A program made the position numbers and the translations under genes. Under the pieces are notes generated by a model. It saw only the letters and a program-made list of their open reading frames with translations. It was not told the DNA's origin and did not search any database. This document shows positions 39,259 to 51,674 of a DNA stretch of 64,000 nucleotides, one piece after another (within the stretch, counting starts at the first letter, position 1; the number at the start of each line of letters is the position of its first letter). This DNA is from an uncultured Actinomycetes bacterium (GTDB taxonomy: Bacteria; Actinomycetota; UBA4738; JBBDHU01): positions 100,725 to 164,724 of the forward strand of contig CAZXFL010000003.1 of assembly GCA_964640385.1 (NCBI GenBank). Reading direction: 5' to 3'.

Positions 39259-39729
39259 TCAGGCGACCGACGGCGGCGGCGACGGTTCCTCGGGGAGATC
39301 GAAGGCGTATCCAGCGGTGACCCACCCTTTGTCCTGCTCGTAGGCGAGGTTCACATCGAAGCCGACCTCCTGGCCGTTCGGGAGCACGACGTGGAAGGTC
39401 ACGCAGGCCCCGTCGTGGGCGCCCGCGGTATCTCTCCATATACAGGACGGTGACGTGTCAACGGCCGTGAGGGTCGCGCCGGCCAGGTCGTCATGGATGG
39501 CCCCCAGGACCTCTAGGCAGGACCCGCGCTTCTGAGGGACCGTCTGCGACCGGCAGGTCGAATCGTCGATGGCAGCCTCCCAGTCGTCCGAGGTCACCGT
39601 CGAGAAGAAGCGCTCGGCGACCGCCCGGGGCCCCGGTCCCGGCGGCGGCTCCTCCGAGTTGAAGATCTGTGACAGGAACAGGGCCACGGTGAGCGCGAAG
39701 ATCACGAACGCCAGCGAGAGCAGCTTCAT
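39259..39729 (-). CDS. secreted hypothetical protein
   Basis: Signal peptide MKLLSLAFVIFALTVALFLSQI. Confidence 0.5.
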   Translation of the reverse strand: MKLLSLAFVIFALTVALFLSQIFNSEEPPPGPGPRAVAERFFSTVTSDDWEAAIDDSTCRSQTVPQKRGSCLEVLGAIHDDLAGATLTAVDTSPSCIWRDTAGAHDGACVTFHVVLPNGQEVGFDVNLAYEQDKGWVTAGYAFDLPEEPSPPPSVA

Positions 39730-39800
39730 CGATGCGAGCCTAGCGCCGGTGTCATCTTTGCGCGACCCGGGCGCTGCGTGAGGGGACGCGAGAGGAGGGG

Positions 39801-39871
39801 AGCGGGTGAGGAGAATCGAACTCCCATCTCAAGCTTGGGAAGCTTGCATTCTGCCATTGAACTACACCCGC
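39801..39871 (-). tRNA. tRNA-Gly (anticodon CCC)
   Basis: Minus strand: GCGGGTG acceptor; anticodon stem CAAGC/GCTTG with loop TTCCCAA; T-arm GGGAG-TTCGATT-CTCCT; 3' CACCCGC plus discriminator T. No encoded CCA. Confidence 0.75.
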
Positions 39872-39989
39872 GGTTCGGCACCGATCGTAGCAAGCCGGGC
39901 ACCGGGCGCGGGGCTGGTCCCCCGGCGTGCGCGGCGGTGCCCGCCTGGGGTAGATTCGAGGTTCGACCGCCGGAGTTCCGAGGGAAGAC

Positions 39990-41036
39990 ATGAACCAGGC
40001 CGCGCCCGAGATCGATCCGACCTATTGGCCGGGGATCCTGTCCCGGCTCACCGCCAACGAACCGCTGTCCCCCGACGAGGCCGCGGACGCGATGCGCGCG
40101 ATCATGCGCGAACAGGCGACGCCGGTGCAGGTCGCCGGTTTCCTCATGGCGCTGAGGGCCAGGGGTGAGACCACGGACGAGGTCGACGGGTTCGCGACCG
40201 CCATCCTGGAGTTCGCGGAGCCGGTCGAAACACCCGGACCCGTCGTCGATACCTGCGGAACCGGCGGCGACCGGTCCGGCACGTTCAACATCTCGACCGT
40301 CACCGCGATCGTGGTCGCCGGGTCGGGCCTCATGGTGGCCAAGCACGGGAACCGCGCCGCGACCTCGCAGTGCGGGTCCGCCGACGTACTCGAGGCGCTC
40401 GGGGTCAAGATCGACCTGGATGCCAAGGGAGTGCAGCGGTGCCTCGAGGACGCGGGGATCGCGTTCCTGCTGGCGCCCGTGTTCCACCCGGCCGCTGCCT
40501 ACGCAGCCGGCATCCGCCGGGAGCTCAAGACGCCGACCGTCTTCAACTTCCTCGGACCGTTGACGAACCCTGCCCGCCCGGCCGCGCAGGCGATCGGCGT
40601 CTCGGACGCGCGGATGCTCCCCCTGATGGCGAACGTCCTGGCCCGGCGCGGGTCGACCGCCAAGCTCTTCCAAGGACTCGACGGGCTGGACGAACTGTCG
40701 ACCACGATGCCGTCGGTCGTCTACGACGTGAAGGACCACGAGGTCCGCAAGCGCATGTTCGACCCGGACGACCTGGACATCGCACACGCCAAGGCCGCGG
40801 CGCTCCGCGGAGGTGATGCCGCGACGAACATGGCGATCCTTCGCGCGGTGCTCGGCGGCGAGCAGGGGCCGAGAAGGGACATCGTCCTGCTGAACGCGGC
40901 GGCCGCCTTTCAGGTGGCCGGCGAGGTCGACGAGCTCGCCGACGGGATGGCCCGGGCCGCCGACTCGATCGACTCGGGCAAGGCGGCGGCGCTCGTGGAC
41001 CGCTGGATCGTGGTCTCCAACGCGGCCGCGTCGTAG
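39990..41036 (+). CDS. trpD: anthranilate phosphoribosyltransferase
   Basis: GTGGD and KHGNRA motifs. Full-length TrpD-like. Confidence 0.9.
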   Translation: MNQAAPEIDPTYWPGILSRLTANEPLSPDEAADAMRAIMREQATPVQVAGFLMALRARGETTDEVDGFATAILEFAEPVETPGPVVDTCGTGGDRSGTFNISTVTAIVVAGSGLMVAKHGNRAATSQCGSADVLEALGVKIDLDAKGVQRCLEDAGIAFLLAPVFHPAAAYAAGIRRELKTPTVFNFLGPLTNPARPAAQAIGVSDARMLPLMANVLARRGSTAKLFQGLDGLDELSTTMPSVVYDVKDHEVRKRMFDPDDLDIAHAKAAALRGGDAATNMAILRAVLGGEQGPRRDIVLLNAAAAFQVAGEVDELADGMARAADSIDSGKAAALVDRWIVVSNAAAS

Positions 41037-41090
41037 GCGGCTCCCGAGGCCCGGTCGGCGCGTTCGCGCGGCGTGTAGCATCTGCCACCG

Positions 41091-41651
41091 ATGATCCTCT
41101 CCGACCGAACCATCCGCGAAGAGATCGCAGCCGGCCACATCGAGATCGATCCCTTCGATGAAAGCTGCGTCCAACCATCGTCCGTCGATCTGCACGTCGA
41201 CAGCGACTTCCGCGTCTTCCACAACGCGCGGCATCCGTACATCGACGTCAAGCAGGACATGCCCGACCTGACCGAGGTCGCCTCTATCAAGGAGGGCGAC
41301 GCGTTCATGCTGCATCCGGGCGAGTTCGTGCTCGGGTCAACCCTCGAACGCGTTCGCCTGCCGAACAACCTGGTCGCGCGGCTCGAAGGCAAGTCGTCGC
41401 TCGGGCGGCTGGGGCTACTGATCCACTCCACCGCGGGCTACGTGGACCCGGGGTGGGATGGCTACCTCACGCTTGAGCTGTCGAACGTCGCGAACCTGCC
41501 TATCACGATCTACCCGGGGATGAAGATCGGGCAGATCTCGTTCTTCCGGCTCACGACCGAGGCCGAGGTGCCCTACGGTTCGGCCGGCAACAAGTACCAG
41601 GGCCAGCGCGGCCCCACGGCGAGCAAGTTCTTCGAAGAGTTCACGAAATAG
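41091..41651 (+). CDS. dcd: dCTP deaminase
   Basis: [12 protein letters not shown]...PSSVDLHV...[12 protein letters not shown], Dcd family. Confidence 0.9.
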   Translation: MILSDRTIREEIAAGHIEIDPFDESCVQPSSVDLHVDSDFRVFHNARHPYIDVKQDMPDLTEVASIKEGDAFMLHPGEFVLGSTLERVRLPNNLVARLEGKSSLGRLGLLIHSTAGYVDPGWDGYLTLELSNVANLPITIYPGMKIGQISFFRLTTEAEVPYGSAGNKYQGQRGPTASKFFEEFTK

Positions 41652-41664
41652 GACGGCGGGCGAA

Positions 41665-41690
41665 GGGGAGCGCCGGCGGGCCGGCGCCAG
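41665..41690. terminator. candidate bidirectional hairpin terminator between convergent dcd and ugd
   Basis: GCGCCGGCGGGCCGGCGC: an 8-nt perfect inverted repeat in the 51-bp gap between convergent genes. Confidence 0.45.
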
Positions 41691-41702
41691 CAACGACGAC
41701 GG

Positions 41703-43031
41703 CTACTCGGGGGTCCAGCCGGAGACCGTCGGGCGCCCCATGCTCACGTACAGGTACCCGGCCTTGGCCATCTCCTGCGGGTCGAAGACGTTGCGTCCAT
41801 CGACCACGACGGGGCGGGCCATCACTTCGCGGAGCCGCGCGAGGTCGGCGGTCGCGAACACGCTCCACTCGGTGCACACCGCAAGCACGTCGGCATCGGT
41901 TGCCGCCTCGTACGGGTCCTCCGCGTACTCCGCCTCCGGCAGCAGGGCCCGGGCCTCGGGCATCGCCGCAGGATCGTAGGCCATGACGCTCGCGCCGTGT
42001 GAGAGCAGCCGGCGGATCACATCCAGCGGCGGGGATTGGCGCAGGTCGTCCGTCTCCGGCTTGAACGCGAGACCCCAGACGGCCACCCGCTTGCCTTCCA
42101 GGTCACCGACGGTCGAGCGGATCCGCTCGACGAAACTCGCCCGCCGCTCCTGGTTGATCCGGTCGACGGCGGCCAGCAGCGAGAACTCGACGCCGAGCTG
42201 CTCCGCCCGGTACCGGAAGGCCTGCACGTCCTTGGGCAGGCACTCGCCGCCGTAGCCGATCCCGGCCTTGAGGAACCCTGGTCCGATCCGCGGGTCCATC
42301 CCCATCGCGGCGGCGACGGTCTCCACGTCGGCGCCGGTGCGCTCGCAGATCTCGGCCACCTGGTTGATGAACGAGATCTTCGTCGCCAGGAACGCGTTCG
42401 AGGAGTGTTTCACTAGCTCGGCGGTCGCGACGTCAGTGACGATGAACGGGCAACCAGTCGTGTCGAGGATCGGGCGGAAGACATCGCGCAGGATGCCGGC
42501 TGCATGTTCGCTCGGCGCCCCGACCACGATCCGCGTCGGTTCCAACGTGTCCTGGACCGCGCGCCCCTCTTGGAGGAACTCGGGGTTCGATGCGATCTCG
42601 AAACCAGCATCCTCGCCCTCGGCGTGCGCTTCGATCGTTTGGCGGATCCACTCCGCCGTCCCGACAGGGACCGTGGACTTCTCGGTGATGAGGGTGTGTC
42701 CGACCAGGCTCGAGGCGAGCGTCGTTGCCACCCGCTCGATCTGGCTGAGGTCCGCCTCGCCGGAGGCCTTGGTCGGTGTCCCGACGCAGACGAACACGAC
42801 GTCGCTGGCGCCGGCATCGCGGGAGTCGGGTGACATCCGGAGCCTGCCGTTCCCGACGCCCTCGCGCACCAGGTCGGCCAACCCCGGTTCGACGAACGGG
42901 ACCTCGCCCGCTTCGATGGAGCGGACCTTCTCGTCGTCCTCATCGACACCGAGAACGTCGTGCCCGATGTGCGCGAGGCACGCGGCGGTGGTCAGTCCGA
43001 CATGGCCCGTTCCAACGACGGCAACCCTCAT
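41703..43031 (-). CDS. ugd: UDP-glucose 6-dehydrogenase family protein
   Basis: N-terminal Rossmann GTGHVGL. Catalytic GGECLPKD. UDPG/MGDP dehydrogenase family. Confidence 0.85.
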   Translation of the reverse strand: MRVAVVGTGHVGLTTAACLAHIGHDVLGVDEDDEKVRSIEAGEVPFVEPGLADLVREGVGNGRLRMSPDSRDAGASDVVFVCVGTPTKASGEADLSQIERVATTLASSLVGHTLITEKSTVPVGTAEWIRQTIEAHAEGEDAGFEIASNPEFLQEGRAVQDTLEPTRIVVGAPSEHAAGILRDVFRPILDTTGCPFIVTDVATAELVKHSSNAFLATKISFINQVAEICERTGADVETVAAAMGMDPRIGPGFLKAGIGYGGECLPKDVQAFRYRAEQLGVEFSLLAAVDRINQERRASFVERIRSTVGDLEGKRVAVWGLAFKPETDDLRQSPPLDVIRRLLSHGASVMAYDPAAMPEARALLPEAEYAEDPYEAATDADVLAVCTEWSVFATADLARLREVMARPVVVDGRNVFDPQEMAKAGYLYVSMGRPTVSGWTPE

Positions 43032-43083
43032 GAGGGACCCACCATATACGCGGCGACCTAGCTGCGGCTCAGCGGCAGCCGGG

Positions 43084-43776
43084 CTAGGAGTTCGATGCCG
43101 GCTTGACCTCACGCGAGCCGCTGCGGCCGATCCCCATCGCGACGCCGGTCATCGCGGCCTGGGTTCGGTTCGAGACGCCCATCTTGCGGAAGATCGCGGC
43201 CAGGTGCGCCTTCACGGTCTTCTCGGACAGGAACAGCGCCTCGGCAACATCCTTGTTGCTCTTGCCCTCGATGACCAGCTCGAGGATGTCGGTCTCCCGC
43301 GGCGTCAGGTTCACCTGGGACGACGCCGCAGGTGCCCCGGGCACTGCGTCCTTCTCGTCGTTCTCGAAGAGGTTCTGGATGATCCTCGAGGACAGGACGT
43401 TACCGCCTCCCGAAAGCGCAACCCGGATCGCCTGCGCCAGGTCCGCGGGGGCCGAGTCCTTGAGCATGTACCCGGCGGCCCCCTCGGCCAGAGCGCGACG
43501 CGCGTAGCGGGCGTGGTCGTAGGTGGTCAGCATGATGACCGGCGTGTCGGGCCAGGTGGCCTTGATCTCGCGGAGCAGGTCCAGGCCCTCGGCTTGCTCA
43601 TCGTCGTTCAGGCGGACGTCCAGCAGCGCGACGTCGACGGGGCTCTCACGGAGAGCGGCGAGCGCGTCCTCGCCTCCTCCGGCCTCCACTACGTCGGCAT
43701 CGTCGAAGCACTCCCGGACCACGTGCGCGAGACCCCGACGGACCAGCGCGTGATCGTCGACCAGCAGCAGCCTCAC
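43084..43776 (-). CDS. two-component response regulator, NarL/LuxR family
   Basis: REC (LLLVDDHALVRRG...LLDVRLNDDE) and LuxR HTH (LTPRETDILELVIEGKSNKDVAEALFLSEKTVKAHLAAIFRKMG). GTG overlaps the kinase stop (GTGA). Confidence 0.85.
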   Translation of the reverse strand: MRLLLVDDHALVRRGLAHVVRECFDDADVVEAGGGEDALAALRESPVDVALLDVRLNDDEQAEGLDLLREIKATWPDTPVIMLTTYDHARYARRALAEGAAGYMLKDSAPADLAQAIRVALSGGGNVLSSRIIQNLFENDEKDAVPGAPAASSQVNLTPRETDILELVIEGKSNKDVAEALFLSEKTVKAHLAAIFRKMGVSNRTQAAMTGVAMGIGRSGSREVKPASNS

Positions 43777-44486
43777 GGCGCGCTCCCGAGGGGAAGCGCA
43801 ACCCTGATCCGCGTTCCCTCGCCCTCGGCCGACCGGACGTCGAGCGTGCCGCCGACCTCGGCGATGCGGCGCTGCATCATCCGCATCCCGAAGCGGTGGC
43901 GGTCGCGGCCTGCGGGAGGAAGGCCGCGGCCGTGGTCCTCGATCTCCACGGTCAGTACGTCGGAAGCGGCGTGCGCGCGGACGTCGGCGTGCGAGGCGGC
44001 CGAATGCTTGGCGGCGTTCGTCAGGGCTTCGTGGATCACCAGGCAAGCGATCTGCGTCACCTGCGCGTCAACGGTGCGCAGGTCGCCGGAGACCGACACA
44101 TCGACATCGAGACCCCAGCGTTCACGGATCTCGTCGATGACCGCGTTCAGGTCGACATCGTCGCCGCCGTCGGTGAGTTCGAACAGGACCTCGCGGATGT
44201 CGGCGAGCGCCTCCCGCATCTCTGCGGTGATCTCGCCGAGGGCACCCGCAGCCACGTCCGGGTCGCGCTCGATCAGCGTACGCATCGATTCCAGCTCGAG
44301 GATCGCGGCGGTCACCGTCTGGGTCAACCCGTCGTGGATCTCGTAGGCCCAGCGCAGCTTCTCGTCCTGCAGCAGGCGCTCGACCAGCTCCCGGGTCACG
44401 TCGGTGACCTCCGCCAGCGCCGGCTCGCGGCGCGCACGAGGAAGCTCTTGCCCTGCCTGCATGTGTTTGACCGTCTTCATGGACAT
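43773..44486 (-). CDS. cytoplasmic histidine kinase (HisKA_3 + HATPase_c)
   Basis: H-box WAYEIHDGLTQTV. HATPase (IHEALTNAAKHS; EIEDHGRGL; GMRMMQRRIAEVGGTLDV). No TM segment. Confidence 0.75.
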   Translation of the reverse strand: MSMKTVKHMQAGQELPRARREPALAEVTDVTRELVERLLQDEKLRWAYEIHDGLTQTVTAAILELESMRTLIERDPDVAAGALGEITAEMREALADIREVLFELTDGGDDVDLNAVIDEIRERWGLDVDVSVSGDLRTVDAQVTQIACLVIHEALTNAAKHSAASHADVRAHAASDVLTVEIEDHGRGLPPAGRDRHRFGMRMMQRRIAEVGGTLDVRSAEGEGTRIRVALPLGSAP

Positions 44487-44613
44487 CCTTATCGGTCTTT
44501 AGGTCTAGTACGAGGTATCGGCAGGCATGGGCCATCCCTTGAACAGGGGTTCGAGCCTTGCCTGACGGGGGAGTTCGGGGTACTCCGAAAGGCCTATCCG
44601 CGGATCGGCGAGA

Positions 44614-46620
44614 TCAGGCGGTCGGTGTCCGGTCCCCGCCGAGTGAGCGGCTGACGACCTGGGCGACGTCCAGGATCTCGAGGTCCTCGCCCCGGGCCTT
44701 GGCACCGTCGTCGAGCATGATCAGGCAGTACGGGCACGCCACGCCGACCATCCCGCAGCCGGTCGAGCAGGCCTCGTCCACGCGCTCCTCGTTGATGCGC
44801 TTGCCCTGGTGCTCCTCGAGCCACATCCGCGCGCCGCCGGCGCCGCAGCAGAACGCCCGCTCCTTGTGCCGCGGCATCTCGACCGTCTCCAAGCCCGGGA
44901 CCGCGCCGAGCACCGTGCGCGGGCTCTCGTAGATCTCGTTGTGACGCCCGAGGTAGCAGGGGTCGTGGTAGGAGAGCAGCCCCTCGACGTCGTCCCGGAG
45001 CGTCAGGCGCCCCTCGTCGATCAGCTTCGCCAGCAGCTGCGTGTGGTGGATCACGTCGAACTGCTCCTCGGCCAGGTCCGGGTACTCGTTGAAGATCGTG
45101 TTGAAGCAGTGCGGGCAGTTCGTGATGACCGTGCGTACCTTCACATCGCGCAGCGTCGCGATGTTCTCCTTGGCGATCTCTTGGAAGAGGTATTCGTTGC
45201 CGATGCGCCGGGCCGGGTCGCCGGTGCACCCTTCCCGCGAGCCGAGGATCGCGAACGGAACGCCCGCCGTCTGGAGCAAGCCGACCACCGCCTTGGAGAT
45301 GCTCTTGGCGCGGTCGTCGAACGAACCGGCGCAGCCGACCCAATAGAGGTACTCGGGTGCGGTGTCGCCCTCGGCCAGCACGCGGACGCCGAGCCCGTCG
45401 GCCCACGCGGCGCGATCGGCCTGCGCCATCCCCCACGGGTTGCCGGCGGTCTCGAGGTTGCGGAGCAGCGTGCCCGCCTCGGTCGGGAACCGTGACTCGA
45501 CCATCACCAGGTTCCGCCGCATGTCCACGATCGAGTCGATGTGCTCGATGTTGACCGGGCATTCCTGCATGCAGGCGCCGCACGTGGTGCAGTCCCACAG
45601 GACCTGGTCCTCGACGATGCCGGGGTTGAGTTGCACGCCCTCGTAGCCGTCGCCGTTCGCCGACAGGACTTTCGAGCCCTCCGCCAGCATGTTGTCGCGA
45701 AGTCCCATGATCAGCAGCTTCGGGGAGAGTTCCTTGCCCGTGTTCCATGCGGGACAGACGTCCTGGCAGCGGCCGCACTCGGTGCAGGTCACCGTGTCGA
45801 GCAACTGTTTCCAGGTCAGGTCCTGGAACGTCGCGGCACCCAGCGAGGACTCCTCGAGGTTTTCCATGTCGATGTCGAGCGTCCTCAGCTTGCCGCGCGG
45901 TTTGGTGGACGAGAAGAAGACGTTGATCGCGCTGGTCACGATGTGCAGGTGCTTGGAGAAGGGCAGGTAGACCAGGAACGCCAGGATGATCAGCAGGTGC
46001 AGCCATAGGAAGAAGTAGAAGAGTGCGTTCAGCGTGCTCTGCGACGGGTCGAACCACAGCAGCACCTTCGCGATCAGGTTCGAGATGGGGGTCCACGCGG
46101 GCGCGCTGTCCCAGTGGCCGCCGGCGATGGCCGTCGCGTTCAGCATCAGGAACGTCAGGACGATGCCCAAGATCATCAACAGGATGAAGTCGGCCTCCTC
46201 CATGTGGCTGCCGATGAACCGGTCGCTGCGCTGCACCTTGCGGAAGAAGACAGCCATGTAGACGCCGACCGCCACGGCGATGGCGAACAGGTCCTGCGCC
46301 AGGCCCAGGCCGTGCATCTCGCCGATGATCGGGATCGAGAAGTCGCGCGTGAAGACGAGGCCGAAGGCTTCGATGATCGTGGTGAACAGGACCAGGAAGC
46401 CCCAGAAGATCAGGGCGTGCATCAGGCCGGGCCCGAACCGCTGGAGTAGCTTCTTCTGGCCGAGGGCGATGACGACCTCATTCGCGAGGCGCTTGGGAAC
46501 GTCGTGGTAACGGTCGACGGGCTTGCCGAGCCGAACGATGGAGAAGAGGTGCCAGGCGCGGCGCGCGAACAGGCCGGCGGCGAGGAGGAGCAGGAACAGG
46601 AAGATGGTAGGTCCAACCAC
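44614..46620 (-). CDS. membrane-bound Fe-S oxidoreductase (NarI-like membrane domain + 2x[4Fe-4S] + CCG domains; HdrD/GlpC-like)
   Basis: N-terminal ~250-aa polytopic domain. Ferredoxin motifs CTECGRCQDVCP and CTTCGACMQECP. Cys-rich CCG repeats (WVGCAGSFDD...; YHDPCYLGRHN). Confidence 0.75.
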   Translation of the reverse strand: MVGPTIFLFLLLLAAGLFARRAWHLFSIVRLGKPVDRYHDVPKRLANEVVIALGQKKLLQRFGPGLMHALIFWGFLVLFTTIIEAFGLVFTRDFSIPIIGEMHGLGLAQDLFAIAVAVGVYMAVFFRKVQRSDRFIGSHMEEADFILLMILGIVLTFLMLNATAIAGGHWDSAPAWTPISNLIAKVLLWFDPSQSTLNALFYFFLWLHLLIILAFLVYLPFSKHLHIVTSAINVFFSSTKPRGKLRTLDIDMENLEESSLGAATFQDLTWKQLLDTVTCTECGRCQDVCPAWNTGKELSPKLLIMGLRDNMLAEGSKVLSANGDGYEGVQLNPGIVEDQVLWDCTTCGACMQECPVNIEHIDSIVDMRRNLVMVESRFPTEAGTLLRNLETAGNPWGMAQADRAAWADGLGVRVLAEGDTAPEYLYWVGCAGSFDDRAKSISKAVVGLLQTAGVPFAILGSREGCTGDPARRIGNEYLFQEIAKENIATLRDVKVRTVITNCPHCFNTIFNEYPDLAEEQFDVIHHTQLLAKLIDEGRLTLRDDVEGLLSYHDPCYLGRHNEIYESPRTVLGAVPGLETVEMPRHKERAFCCGAGGARMWLEEHQGKRINEERVDEACSTGCGMVGVACPYCLIMLDDGAKARGEDLEILDVAQVVSRSLGGDRTPTA

Positions 46621-46666
46621 GGCGACCGGAGTCTAGAGGCAGGCAGGCACGGCGGCAAAGCCCCGG

Positions 46667-47501
46667 TCAGGCCGGGCCGGGGACCTCTGTGAGCAGGGTG
46701 TCCATGACGACCCCGTAATGGGTCAGCGGGAGCAGGTGGTCGGCCCCTTCGAGCAGGTGCAGGGTCGCGCTCGGGATCCGGCGCTCCAGTTCCCGGATCC
46801 AGGAGAGCGGAAGCAGTTCGTCCTCGTTACCGCGCCAGATGTGCACCGGGCCGGGTACGTCCTCGGGCAGGAAGCCCCACGGCTTGACGAACGCGAGGTA
46901 CTCCTCGACGATGCCGGCCGTGTTGTGGAGCGACTCGGCGGCTAGGCCCGCGAATCCCGGGGGCGGCAGCGCCTGGAGGGCTTTGCGGCCGCTCGGCGCC
47001 AGATCGTGCATCGCCATCTCATTGAAGATGGCCGGTGTGAGTTCGGCGAGGTGCTTCGGGTCGTCCAGCGGTGGGGCGCCGGTCAATGATGCCGGTCGCG
47101 ATGACGCGGTCGGGGAGTTTCGTCGCCAGGCCCAGGACGTACTGGCCTCCGAGCGACCAACCATTGGTCAGGAACCGTTCGATGCCGAGGTGATCCGCGA
47201 GCTGCTCGACGTCTTCGGGCCAGTCGCCGGTGACGTGTCCGGGCTTCGGGTCCGAGCGCGCGATGCCGGGCCGGTCCGGGGAGATCAGGCGGATGTTGCG
47301 CTCCCGGGCCACATCAGAGGCCCACTGCGCGTCGAGGCGGCACGCGAGTCCTCCGTGTCCGTGGATGAGCGGAAGTCCGTCGGGGTCCCCGCATTCCTCA
47401 TAGGCCATGATCCGGCCGTCGGCGAGGGTGATGGTCTTGGGGTCGGCGGCGTGGTGGGTCACGGTCTGCGCAGATTCGCACGGGGTGGGTGGCACGAGCA
47501 A
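46667..47501 (-). pseudogene. alpha/beta-fold hydrolase, interrupted by a single-base frameshift
   Basis: The N-part (47019-47501) carries the nucleophile elbow GWSLGG. The C-part (46667-47100) is in the -1 frame. Removing one C in gaccggcgcc (about 47090) restores ...IIDGAPPLDDPKHLAE. Confidence 0.5.
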
Positions 47502-47628
47502 CCGTCCGTTCCGGGCTCCGGTCGATGCGAGTACACTCCTGAGTCGTGACTCAGGATTCCACTGTGGCGGCCGCTAGTTCCGCCGCTACCTCGGTGCCGA
47601 AACCCGAAATACCTGAGGGTAGGCATGG

Positions 47629-50148
<2,520 letters not shown>

Positions 50149-50152
<4 letters not shown>

Positions 50153-51267
50153 ACACCGACGACATCAGGCGCGAGTGGTTCGAACGGGACTACTACAAAG
50201 ATCTCGGGGTTCCGAAGAACGCCGGCCAGGCCGACATCAAGAAGGCATACCGCAAGCTGGCGCAGCAGCATCACCCCGACGCGAACGCCGGGAACAAGGA
50301 AGCTGAGGAGCGCTTCAAGGAGATCTCCTCGGCCTACGACGTGCTGGGCGACGCCGCGAAGCGCAAGTCCTACGACCAGGTCCGTGAAGCGGCAGCGTCG
50401 GGGTTCGGTCCCGGTGGCTTCGGCGGTGGCGGAGCAGGAGCGGGATGGCCGGGCGGCGGGCGGTACCAGCAGGTCGACGTCGGGGACCTCGGCGATATCT
50501 TCGGCGATCTGCTCGGCGGCGGATTCAGTGGTAGGTCGCGGCGACGTCAGCCCGCACGCGGCGCGGACCTCGAGACCCACGTCCAGGTGTCCTTCGAAGA
50601 CGCGATGTCGGGAACGCAGGTCCCGGTCACGATCCGCGGCGCGGCGAGTTGTTCGCGATGCCACGGGAGCGGCGCCGAGCCCGGGACGTCGCCGATCACC
50701 TGCCCGCAGTGCGGTGGGTCCGGACAGGTCGCCGTCAATCAGGGCCCGTTCTCGATGGCACAGCCGTGTCCGCGATGCGGCGGTCAGGGACGCGTGGTCG
50801 AGCACGCGTGTACGACCTGCCGCGGCTCCGGCCACGTGAACAAGAAGCGCACGCTCAAGGTCAAGATCCCCGCGGGCGTCAAGGACGGCGCACACATCAA
50901 GCTCGCCGGTCGGGGTGAACCTGGCCCGGTCGGCTCGAAGCCCGGGGATCTGTACGTGGTCGTCGGCGTGGCTGCGCACCCGCTGTTCGGACGCAAGGGC
51001 AACAACCTCACGGTCGAGGTGCCGATCGGCTACGCGGACGCGGCGCTCGGGGCGCAGGTCTCCGTGCCGACCCTGAACGGGCCGGTGACCCTAAAAGTTC
51101 CGGACGGCACGCCCAGTGGCAAGACGTTCCGCATCAAGGGCAAGGGCGTGCCCACCAAGAGCGGCGCAGGTGACCTGCTGGCGACGGTCAAAGTCGACGT
51201 GCCGACGAAGGTGTCGAAGCAAGAGAAGGAGCTGCTCAAGCAGCTCCAGGAGTTGAAGTCGAAGTGA
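50149..51267 (+). CDS. dnaJ: molecular chaperone DnaJ
   Basis: J-domain DYYKDLGV...HHPD. Four CxxCxGxG zinc-finger repeats. No ATG/GTG/TTG in frame between the upstream stop (50062) and the J-domain; CTG 50149 overlaps the grpE stop. Confidence 0.85.
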
Positions 51268-51674
51268 GCGAACGACGGGAGCACGAGGAACGCAAGGAGC
51301 GGAGCGATGACGCGGCCGTTTACATCATCAGCGTGGCCGCTGAGCTCGCGGGTGTGCACCCACAGACGCTGCGTTTCTACGAGAAGAAGGGGTTGCTTAA
51401 CCCGGCGCGCAGTCGCGGCACCCAGCGGCGGTACTCGGACCGCGACATCGCCAGGATGCGCGCGATCCAGCACCTGACGCAAGGTGAGGGGATCAACCTG
51501 GCCGGGGCCAAGATGATCATGGAGATGCAAGCGCAGATCGAACAGATGCGGGCGCAGGTGCAGCGGATGCAGGAACAGATGCGGCGTTCGCGCGCGGCGG
51601 CGCGCGAACAGACCGGCCTGGTTCCGCTGCGCGATATCCCCCTCATGCCCTGGCAGGAGGGCCTGATGCGCTGA
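51264..51674 (+). CDS. hspR: heat-shock repressor HspR (MerR family)
   Basis: MerR-type HTH ([26 protein letters not shown]) in the dnaK-grpE-dnaJ-hspR arrangement. Confidence 0.85.
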   Translation: MSERREHEERKERSDDAAVYIISVAAELAGVHPQTLRFYEKKGLLNPARSRGTQRRYSDRDIARMRAIQHLTQGEGINLAGAKMIMEMQAQIEQMRAQVQRMQEQMRRSRAAAREQTGLVPLRDIPLMPWQEGLMR

